Shown one piece after another: positions 18,546 to 26,657 of a stretch of DNA of 43,674 nucleotides (positions are counted from its first letter, which is position 1; every line of letters begins with the position of its first letter). A program made the translations under genes and the position numbers. This DNA comes from Acholeplasma sp. (GTDB lineage: Bacteria; Bacillota_I; Bacilli_A; Acholeplasmatales; UBA5453): the NCBI GenBank assembly GCA_036677365.1, contig JAVBWN010000035.1, positions 1 to 43,674 of the forward strand, read 5' to 3'. Under the pieces are notes generated by a model, which searched no databases, had not been told where the DNA came from, and saw only the letters and a list, made by a program, of their open reading frames with translations.

Positions 18546-21500
18546 AGCTATTCAAATCACTCATCATCGGCGTATTATCGGTCTTAGTTTTGACCTTCCT
18601 ATATGCGAAAAACTTACCTAAAACAGAATCATCCATTTTCCAAACACAAGCCGTAACGCTCCAAGATTATGTCGAAAAAGACTATGAACTCAGAGCTGTT
18701 TGGGTCGCTACAGCATGGAATTTAAACATCGGTACAGCCACCAATAGAACCGCATTTGAAAATGAGTATCGTGCGTTGATTGATCGTGTTAAATCCAAAA
18801 ACATGAATGCGATATTTTTCCAAACACGCCCCATGAACGATGCATGGTACGATTCGATATACGCACCGTTTTCTAAATACATGTCTGGGACAGAAAACGT
18901 CGACCCAGGTTGGGATGTCATGGCATTCATGATTGACTATGCCCACCAACAAGGCATCGAATTCCACGCTTGGATGAACCCATATCGCGTGGTAACCTCT
19001 GCCGCCTCAAAAACGGTTGCTTTAAACGCGTTAAGTACCAAAAACTTCGCGAGAATTAACCCCCATTTGGTCATCGCAGGTAATGCGGATTCGAATGGAA
19101 ACTTCCCTTATATCTTAAATCCAGGGGAACCCTTGGTCAAAGAATACATCGTGAACATCGTCAATGAAATCATGGATTTATATGACATCGATGGGATTCA
19201 TTATGACGATTACTTTTATCCTTATTCAGGCACACCAACCGCTGCCGACTCAGCGACATTTTCAGCCAATAACCCCAATAACTTGTCGTTAGGTGATTGG
19301 CGTAGAGAAAATGTCAACGACGCCGTCAGAATGACGTATGAAGCCGTGGAAGCCTATAACTTAGCCGAAGGTAAAAACCTCAGATTTGGGATTTCACCGT
19401 TTGGTATTTGGAAAAATGGTGGGGAAGGTTCGGACACCAACGGGATGGAATCATTTTCCGCCCAATTCGCGGACTCCAGACGTTGGGTTAAAGAAGGTTG
19501 GGTTCATTACATTAACCCACAGGTTTACTGGCAATTTACCACCGCCGCTGCCCCTTACGCCAATGTTGTGAGTTGGTGGGTAGAACAAGTCAGAGGGACC
19601 GGTGTGGACTTAGTCATTGGACATTCGATTTCAGCGGCTCAAAATTGGGGCAGTACTGAAATTCAAAATCAATTGTTATTCAATGCAGAATACCCTGAAA
19701 TCATCGGGTCAGCCTTTTATAGTGCGGCCTTCTTAAATACAACCAATGTCACCAATGTTGTAACTAATCTATGGAAAACCATGCCTTTTGGTACCTTGGC
19801 ACAATCCAATGTGGCCTCACCCACAGTGAGTTTCTCAGGGACCAAACAAGGCGATGAATACCGTACGAACGTGACGATGAGCATCACATCCTCGGATACC
19901 ATATATTACCGTATTGATTATGGCACTTGGCAAGCTTACACTGCCCCAGTGACATTTACCCAACAGGGCACCTATGCGATTCATGTTAAGGCTGTGAATG
20001 CTTCAAATGAAGAATCACTCATCCAAGGCCATACCCTCACGATCAACAAAATCAATACCGATGTGCCCGTCATTACAGCCACCGGTCCAAAATCCGGGAA
20101 CGATTATTTACCTGGCGTTTCGGTATCGATTAACGCCAATTCATCCAACCCAGTCTGGGTAGCGATCAATTTTGGAAGTGTCGGACCTTGGGTCTTATAC
20201 ACAGAACCGATTGTTTTAACCAACCCAGGCAATTACTTCATTCAAACCAAAACCATCACCGATGAAGGTTCAGAATCGCCAGTTCAAACCTTATCACTCA
20301 AAGTGGTAGTCCCTTGTTATGCGCTACCATCGGTCAGCTTCACAGGCACAGGTTCGAATGATTTCTACCAAAGCGCAGTGATGACCTTGTCAGGGGTTAC
20401 CAATCTACAATACAACCTAAATGGTGGTACTTGGATGGATTACACCACCCCAGTGACATTCGATCAAGAAGGTGACTTCATCATTGGTTATCGAAACAAT
20501 GATGGTTGTAAGACTGCCACCTATAAAACCATCATCATCGACAATACAGTACCCAATGACCCAGCGATTGATATCACAGGGACAAAAGAGGGTTTATATT
20601 ACGTTACAGCAGTGTCGGCTGCCTTGTCTGTAGAGGATGATTCAACCATTTATTACCGCTTGCATGACGGTTCGAATTGGACCTCGTGGCAAATCTACGC
20701 GGAACCATTTGAGTTTTACTTAAATAACTTATACACATTAGAATATTACGCCATCGACCAAGCCCTCAATCAAAGTGAGACCTTGACAGAGCGCTTTAGA
20801 ATGCAACTACCACCAGTAGAAGACAATCTTTATGTGATCAGAAATGGTCAACCGGTGAATTACTATCAAACCAACACACCGATTGAACTACCAACCACAT
20901 GGACCGAAAAAGATAAAGAAGTCCGTGCGGTTTGGGTCGCTACCGTTTCAAACATCGATGTTCCAATGATGACCACCGAAGCAGCCTACAAAGCTCAACT
21001 CATTTCAATCATTGAACGTGTCAAAGCGGTGCATATGAATACGATATTCTTCCAAGTGAGACCGATGAACGATGCGTTCTATTATTCGGATTTCGCACCG
21101 ATGTCTAGATACATCAACGGTACCGAAGGCTTTGACCCTGGATTTGATGTTCTAGCATTCATGGTTGAAGAAGGCCATAAACGAGGGATTGAAGTTCATG
21201 CATGGTTGAACCCTTACCGTGTCTCTACGGGAACCGATGACAAAATGACTCAACTCAATGCGTTACATGAAGACAATTTCGCACGCAAAAACCCAGATTT
21301 AGTCATCGCCGATAGTCAAGGTAAGCTCATCTTAAATCCAGGCGAACCCGCAGTCAGAAATTACCTAAATCAAATTGTGACAGAACTTGTTACAAAATAT
21401 AACATCGATGGGATTCATTTTGATGACTATTTCTATAGTTATTCAGGCATGAGTAACACCCAAGATGCCCAAACATTCATCAACCACAATCCAAACAGTT

Positions 21501-22252
21501 TGTCACTTGCCGATTGGCGTAGAGACAATGTCAATCAAATGGTTAAAATGGTTTTTGATACCGTTGAAGCAGAAAACATCGCACATCAAAAGAATATGAA
21601 ATTTGGCATCTCGCCATTTGGTATATGGAAAAGTGGTGGCGATGGATCGAACACTTCATCGGGTGCACTACAAAGCTATTCTGCCCAATTCGCCGATTCA
21701 AAGAAATGGGTTGAAGAAGGTTGGGTTCACTACATCATGCCACAGCTCTACTGGCAGTTTGACCACAGCGCTGCACCTTATGCCGACTTAGTCGACTGGT
21801 GGGCAGCCCTTACCGAAACAGCCGGCGTTGACCTCATCATCGGACACGGATTCTACCGATACGCAGAAACATCGAATAACTGGGTCAATGAGAATGAATT
21901 CTTGGAACAACTCAGATATGCTTCTTTATACCCAAGTGTCAAAGGCCACGCCATATTCTCATATAAAACACTCAACAGTACAGACCCTGAAGTGGTACAA
22001 GCCTTACAACGTATGGATGGCTATTATTGGCAAAACGATGTACGTACCCATTGGTACAAAACACCAGTAGACCCGATAGACCCAGAACCAGAAGACCCTG
22101 TGTGTGACGATGGCGAAGTCTTAGAAAATGGCAAGTGTGTCGCAACATCGAAACCATTATCTGAAGACCAAATCGTCTTGATTGGGGCTTCAGTGGTTGG
22201 ATTCATCGCGATTGGTGCTGTCGTATTCTTCACGATCAAGAAAAAACCATGA
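18542..22252 (+). CDS. Surface protein with two GHL10 catalytic domains, a beta-rich repeat spacer and a C-terminal TM anchor
   Basis: Two copies of E.RAVWVAT...HAW.NPYR...DGIH.DDYFY...FGISPFG (about 18686-19740 and 20918-21970); about four ~85-aa repeats with W..Y..P; N-terminal signal/anchor; C-terminal TM + KKKP. Confidence 0.88.
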   Translation: MKLFKSLIIGVLSVLVLTFLYAKNLPKTESSIFQTQAVTLQDYVEKDYELRAVWVATAWNLNIGTATNRTAFENEYRALIDRVKSKNMNAIFFQTRPMNDAWYDSIYAPFSKYMSGTENVDPGWDVMAFMIDYAHQQGIEFHAWMNPYRVVTSAASKTVALNALSTKNFARINPHLVIAGNADSNGNFPYILNPGEPLVKEYIVNIVNEIMDLYDIDGIHYDDYFYPYSGTPTAADSATFSANNPNNLSLGDWRRENVNDAVRMTYEAVEAYNLAEGKNLRFGISPFGIWKNGGEGSDTNGMESFSAQFADSRRWVKEGWVHYINPQVYWQFTTAAAPYANVVSWWVEQVRGTGVDLVIGHSISAAQNWGSTEIQNQLLFNAEYPEIIGSAFYSAAFLNTTNVTNVVTNLWKTMPFGTLAQSNVASPTVSFSGTKQGDEYRTNVTMSITSSDTIYYRIDYGTWQAYTAPVTFTQQGTYAIHVKAVNASNEESLIQGHTLTINKINTDVPVITATGPKSGNDYLPGVSVSINANSSNPVWVAINFGSVGPWVLYTEPIVLTNPGNYFIQTKTITDEGSESPVQTLSLKVVVPCYALPSVSFTGTGSNDFYQSAVMTLSGVTNLQYNLNGGTWMDYTTPVTFDQEGDFIIGYRNNDGCKTATYKTIIIDNTVPNDPAIDITGTKEGLYYVTAVSAALSVEDDSTIYYRLHDGSNWTSWQIYAEPFEFYLNNLYTLEYYAIDQALNQSETLTERFRMQLPPVEDNLYVIRNGQPVNYYQTNTPIELPTTWTEKDKEVRAVWVATVSNIDVPMMTTEAAYKAQLISIIERVKAVHMNTIFFQVRPMNDAFYYSDFAPMSRYINGTEGFDPGFDVLAFMVEEGHKRGIEVHAWLNPYRVSTGTDDKMTQLNALHEDNFARKNPDLVIADSQGKLILNPGEPAVRNYLNQIVTELVTKYNIDGIHFDDYFYSYSGMSNTQDAQTFINHNPNSLSLADWRRDNVNQMVKMVFDTVEAENIAHQKNMKFGISPFGIWKSGGDGSNTSSGALQSYSAQFADSKKWVEEGWVHYIMPQLYWQFDHSAAPYADLVDWWAALTETAGVDLIIGHGFYRYAETSNNWVNENEFLEQLRYASLYPSVKGHAIFSYKTLNSTDPEVVQALQRMDGYYWQNDVRTHWYKTPVDPIDPEPEDPVCDDGEVLENGKCVATSKPLSEDQIVLIGASVVGFIAIGAVVFFTIKKKP

Positions 22253-23289
22253 TCCAAGAAATCAAAAAAATACTCGAAAAAGGCATTCAATCCGATTTTC
22301 CAGGTGGACAGTTTTGTGTGATTCAACACGGCACCATCACTTGTGATTACGTGGGATACAAAGCCTTATACCCTGACCCCGTGATGAATCAGGGTCAAGA
22401 AATATACGATGTCGCTTCACTCACCAAAGTGATTTCTACCAATACATTGATCTTTAAATTGATAGAATCTGGACAACTGACATTGAAAACCAAGATTAAA
22501 TCCGTTTTGGACAAGTATCCATTTGAAGACACCACGATTTATGATTTATTGATCCATTCGAGTGGCTTAAAAGCAGATATTCAAAGAGCAAACACGCTTC
22601 AAAACAAAAATGAGGTACTAGAAAAAGTATTTCAATCGAATCGGATATACGAAAAAGGCACACATGTGGTTTATTCCGATATTGGATTTATCTTATTGGG
22701 CTTAATCATCGAAACCATCCATCAAAAACCGATCGATCTCGTGGCACAAAGTGAAATCTTTCAGCCCCTTAAGATGGATAAAACCAGTTATAGACCAAAT
22801 TCCATCGACTGTGCACCAACCGAATACCGTGATGATACGGTATATAAAGGGTATTTACAAGGTCGAGTACATGACGAAAAATCATTCGCCATGGGTGGTT
22901 TGGCAGGTCATGCGGGGTTATTTTCGACGGCAGAGGATATAGCAAAATTCATCTTAGCCATGTTCAATGACCAACACGTATTGTCTGGTAAAACCATTCA
23001 ATTATTGAATGAGACTCAAATCGATTCAACCGATTTATACGATAATCCAAAATCGAGAGCGCTCGGTTTTGAAAAACCAAGCAGTCAACATGTATTGAAA
23101 GATTTTAAAAAAGAGATCATCATGCATACCGGGTTCACTGGATGTAACCTCATGATCAATTTAAAGCGTCAAACCGGTTTTGTTTTACTCACCAACGCAG
23201 TACATCCAAAACGTGAACTCAATCGTATTTTTGGGTATCGTGACGAAATTTATCGTCTATTCATCAAACAATGGGAGGAACAGAAATGA
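22249..23289 (+). CDS. Beta-lactamase-fold serine hydrolase, AmiE/YbbE-like (putative cytoplasmic muropeptide amidase)
   Basis: DVASLTK (SxxK), YSDIGFILLG, G.VHDE, GHAGLFST, HTGFTG; no signal peptide; ATGA-coupled on both sides. Confidence 0.8.
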   Translation: MIQEIKKILEKGIQSDFPGGQFCVIQHGTITCDYVGYKALYPDPVMNQGQEIYDVASLTKVISTNTLIFKLIESGQLTLKTKIKSVLDKYPFEDTTIYDLLIHSSGLKADIQRANTLQNKNEVLEKVFQSNRIYEKGTHVVYSDIGFILLGLIIETIHQKPIDLVAQSEIFQPLKMDKTSYRPNSIDCAPTEYRDDTVYKGYLQGRVHDEKSFAMGGLAGHAGLFSTAEDIAKFILAMFNDQHVLSGKTIQLLNETQIDSTDLYDNPKSRALGFEKPSSQHVLKDFKKEIIMHTGFTGCNLMINLKRQTGFVLLTNAVHPKRELNRIFGYRDEIYRLFIKQWEEQK

Positions 23290-26200
23290 AACAAAAAATG
23301 ATGGCCCTCATCGTGTTAGCACTACTCATGGTTTTGTCCGCATGTGTCGAGAAATTTACCATCGATGTCAACGCCACTGAAGTCATTTTAACCGAAGGGG
23401 AAACATTCCAACTCGAAATTGAAACCAATGATCAGTCGGGTCATGCTTTGGCTGATTACGATTCATCCATCATTGGCATCAGCAATTCAGGACTCATCAC
23501 TGCCTTAAAAGCAGGTACGACCACCATCACTGTGCATGCAGGTTCAGACCCTAAGGTCGAAAAATCCGTAAGTGTTACCGTGTATAAAGCCGTCAACATC
23601 GATATGAGCACAACCACGAAAGAAGTGATGGTTGGCAATACCGTTGAATTGGCCATCGTGGTAAATGACGAAGTGACCTATACTTCAAGCAATCAAAACA
23701 TATTTACCGTATCGAATACAGGTGTAATCACAGGGGTTTCCATCGGGACAGCCACCTTGACCATTCAAAGTGTCAGTAACCCGTTGGTCAGTAAAACCGT
23801 TGAAGTCATTGTCTCTAAGTACATCAACATCTCAGTGGATGCGTATGACTTAGCGTTATTGGTTAACCAAACCGAAACCATCGACTTCACCGCCTCTGAA
23901 GACGTCCAGATCACCTCATCGGATACCAGCATCGCCACTGTCAATTCATTGGGTGCAGTTACCGCGAAAACCGCTGGAACAACCATCATCAAAATCGCCT
24001 CCATCAGTGACCCTGAGATTTACAAAGAAGTTACTGTCATGGTTTACAATATACCCGAATCGATCACGTTAAATGGTTCAAATGAACTCAATGTAAACCG
24101 TGAACAAACCTTAACCGTGAATGTATTACCACTCTTGGGTCACCCAAGTGTAACCTATACATCCAGCGATGACAGTATCGCCTCCTTCAATGCTGAAAAT
24201 GCATTGGTAGGTCACAAAGTCGGTCAGGTTACTGTTACAGTTACTTCAAACATTAACAACGCCATTAAAGCGACATTTGTAGTCAATGTCATTCACAACA
24301 TTGTTGTCAACAACGTGACTACAGCGACCACCATCACCTTCGAACAAAGGGTGTATGATTTGAATGTAGATTTCTTCAAAACCATCGGTGAAGCACTTGA
24401 CAGCGCTACCCCTGGGGCAACCATCTATGTGTTAGATGGCACGTATGCAGAAGCACTCGACATTGAAACCGCCGTTACATTGATCGGTAACCAAACGGCT
24501 TTATCTCAAAAAGTCACAATTTCAGCCAACGAAGTCACCTTACGTGGGTTTGATTTCAAGGCAGGGGCTTCGATAGAAAATGAAGGTCCTATTAAAAACC
24601 TCAAAGTTCAAAACAACACATTTACAGGACTCACCTCAGCCGCGATTGTTGTAGATAACGTCGAATCCTTAGAAATTTCTAACAACACATTTACGAATTT
24701 CGCATTTGAAGCCATTAAAGTCACCCATTATCGTGGCGGATTATTGCTGATCAAGCAAAACACGATGACAGATGTGAAGTATGGCATCACCGTCGATTCA
24801 GAAAATGAGCTCGTTTCAAACGGATCTATTGAAATGATATGGAATACCATCTCAGGTACAACCGAAGCCGTTAGAATGAACACATTCAATAACAACAGTT
24901 TTACACTCAAAGCTTTCTTCAGATTCAATAAAGTATCCAATTCAACGATGAATGCGGTTCAAACAGCATCATCGAATGTGGATTTTACATTGAATTATTG
25001 GGGCAATGAAACCCCAGTGATGAATCAATTTACAAATATCAGTGAACACCAATTGAGGGGTTTTTACAGTCAAGCGAGTGCGGTGATTCAAGAAGCCAAC
25101 TATAACCCACTCATACCCGCACTCATCGTCATTACCAATCCGATCGATGAAATGATGATTGGCGAACAATACAAGATCAACTTTGAATTGTTACCACTCG
25201 ATATGCCAACCAACCGTTTGGGCTGGATTACCTCTAATCCGAATGTCGCCACCGTCCAAAACGGACAAGTCAACGCGGTTAAGAGTGGTGAAGTTACCAT
25301 CACTTTACGTTCCACGGTAGACTTCAATGTCAAGGGTACGGTGACATTTACCATTACCACCCACCCAGGCATCGAAATTGAAACCACCACACCAAAAAAC
25401 AACTTATTGGTCGGTGATACGTTAAAACTAAAAGCTACCCCATTCCCATATGATTACGCCGATAAACCGATGTTATGGACATCCAGCGATATCGAAAAAG
25501 CCACAGTGGATCAAACTGGATTGGTAACCACGTTACAACCAGGTAAAGTGGTCATTCGTGTCGAACTTCAAGAAGACATGAATGTGTATCAAGAATATAC
25601 GGTTTTAGTATATTCATCGCTCAATGACGGCGATTTGATGGATCTCTTGACATTATCGATGGTCAGCTATGCCACACCACATGAGTGGTTGGTTTATGGC
25701 ACAGGATTCAATTATGTCGATTATAAATACGAAAGTGTCTCCCGTTATTTATTCGCCGATTTAACCATCAATACCTCAAAAATGTTACCAATCTCTTCTG
25801 GCATACGTCCAGGCGTTAAAAAACCAGCACACCCAGAAGGTGTACCGGTATACAATTCCGATTATGTGTATTGGATTGTGGTTCATGAAACAGCCAATAC
25901 TGCCCCTGGTGCAGGTGCGCTCTCGCATGCGAATTATTTATGGAACGCTGCTCAAGCAGGGAATGTCCTCAATACCTCCTGGCACTTCACGATGGATGAT
26001 AAAGCATTGTATCAACATATCCCACTCGATGAAATTGCGTATCATGCCGGGGACGGGTCAACCTTACCAACCAAAAATGGCATTTATTTCGGTGGAGGCA
26101 ATCGCAATGGTATCGGGATTGAAACCTCAGTCGCTCAAGATGGCGATAACTATCGTGTATGGCAACGTACGGCTAAATTATCGGCACAACTGATGAGACA

Positions 26201-26513
26201 GTACAATTTACCACTCACACAACTGGCGTATCACCAAGACTTCTCAGGCAAGATTTGTCCACAATCGATGATCCGTGGCGGACTCATCCCACTGTTTGAA
26301 GAACTCGCTCTATATGAGTACAAAGTCGAACATTTACGTGGCAATGCACAAATTGAATTTGTATCTGATTTTCCAGATTACGTCGACCACACCGGTAGAG
26401 TGATTCAGATGCCAGACCGTGCGATGACAGTGAGCTATACTGTGACAGTCACGCTCAATAACGTATCCACATCACGCACATTCTATACCTATTTACCAGG
26501 CACTGTGCACTAA
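23286..26513 (+). CDS. Lipoprotein with Big_2 Ig-like repeats, parallel beta-helix region and C-terminal Amidase_2 (N-acetylmuramoyl-L-alanine amidase)
   Basis: LSAC lipobox; repeated (W/Y)TSS..SIATV..G.VTA...G motifs; N..F/NT. repeats; IVVHETAN, SWHF, AYHAGDG, GN..GIGIE, HQDFSGKICP. Start at ATG 23286. Confidence 0.88.
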   Translation: MKQKMMALIVLALLMVLSACVEKFTIDVNATEVILTEGETFQLEIETNDQSGHALADYDSSIIGISNSGLITALKAGTTTITVHAGSDPKVEKSVSVTVYKAVNIDMSTTTKEVMVGNTVELAIVVNDEVTYTSSNQNIFTVSNTGVITGVSIGTATLTIQSVSNPLVSKTVEVIVSKYINISVDAYDLALLVNQTETIDFTASEDVQITSSDTSIATVNSLGAVTAKTAGTTIIKIASISDPEIYKEVTVMVYNIPESITLNGSNELNVNREQTLTVNVLPLLGHPSVTYTSSDDSIASFNAENALVGHKVGQVTVTVTSNINNAIKATFVVNVIHNIVVNNVTTATTITFEQRVYDLNVDFFKTIGEALDSATPGATIYVLDGTYAEALDIETAVTLIGNQTALSQKVTISANEVTLRGFDFKAGASIENEGPIKNLKVQNNTFTGLTSAAIVVDNVESLEISNNTFTNFAFEAIKVTHYRGGLLLIKQNTMTDVKYGITVDSENELVSNGSIEMIWNTISGTTEAVRMNTFNNNSFTLKAFFRFNKVSNSTMNAVQTASSNVDFTLNYWGNETPVMNQFTNISEHQLRGFYSQASAVIQEANYNPLIPALIVITNPIDEMMIGEQYKINFELLPLDMPTNRLGWITSNPNVATVQNGQVNAVKSGEVTITLRSTVDFNVKGTVTFTITTHPGIEIETTTPKNNLLVGDTLKLKATPFPYDYADKPMLWTSSDIEKATVDQTGLVTTLQPGKVVIRVELQEDMNVYQEYTVLVYSSLNDGDLMDLLTLSMVSYATPHEWLVYGTGFNYVDYKYESVSRYLFADLTINTSKMLPISSGIRPGVKKPAHPEGVPVYNSDYVYWIVVHETANTAPGAGALSHANYLWNAAQAGNVLNTSWHFTMDDKALYQHIPLDEIAYHAGDGSTLPTKNGIYFGGGNRNGIGIETSVAQDGDNYRVWQRTAKLSAQLMRQYNLPLTQLAYHQDFSGKICPQSMIRGGLIPLFEELALYEYKVEHLRGNAQIEFVSDFPDYVDHTGRVIQMPDRAMTVSYTVTVTLNNVSTSRTFYTYLPGTVH

Positions 26514-26591
26514 TCGATTTTCGCGGTTTTGAAAAAAAAAATCAAAAGCCGTAAGAATGACCTGAAAATGTGATAAATCCCAAAATTCACA

Positions 26592-26620
26592 TTGACAGCG
26601 CTTACAATAGTTCATAAAAT
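26592..26620 (+). promoter_or_regulatory. Near-consensus promoter with overlapping cre/LacI-like operator
   Basis: TTGACA (26592-26597), 17 nt, TAAAAT (26615-26620); TGACAGCGCTTACA at 26593-26606. Confidence 0.75.
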
Positions 26621-26657
26621 GAATCTAGAATAAACAAAGATTCACACAGGAGGAAAA

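Noticed and set aside
17325..22252. GH10 xylanases
   Set aside because: Motifs are those of GHL10/DUF187 (HAW.NPYR, DDYFY), not GH10 (WDVVNE, TELD).
22249..23289. Beta-lactam resistance gene
   Set aside because: No signal peptide, YSD/HTG variants and operon context point to an AmiE-like hydrolase.
23286..26513. Prophage lysis cassette
   Set aside because: No holin, structural or integrase genes; the amidase is a lipoprotein within a catabolic operon.
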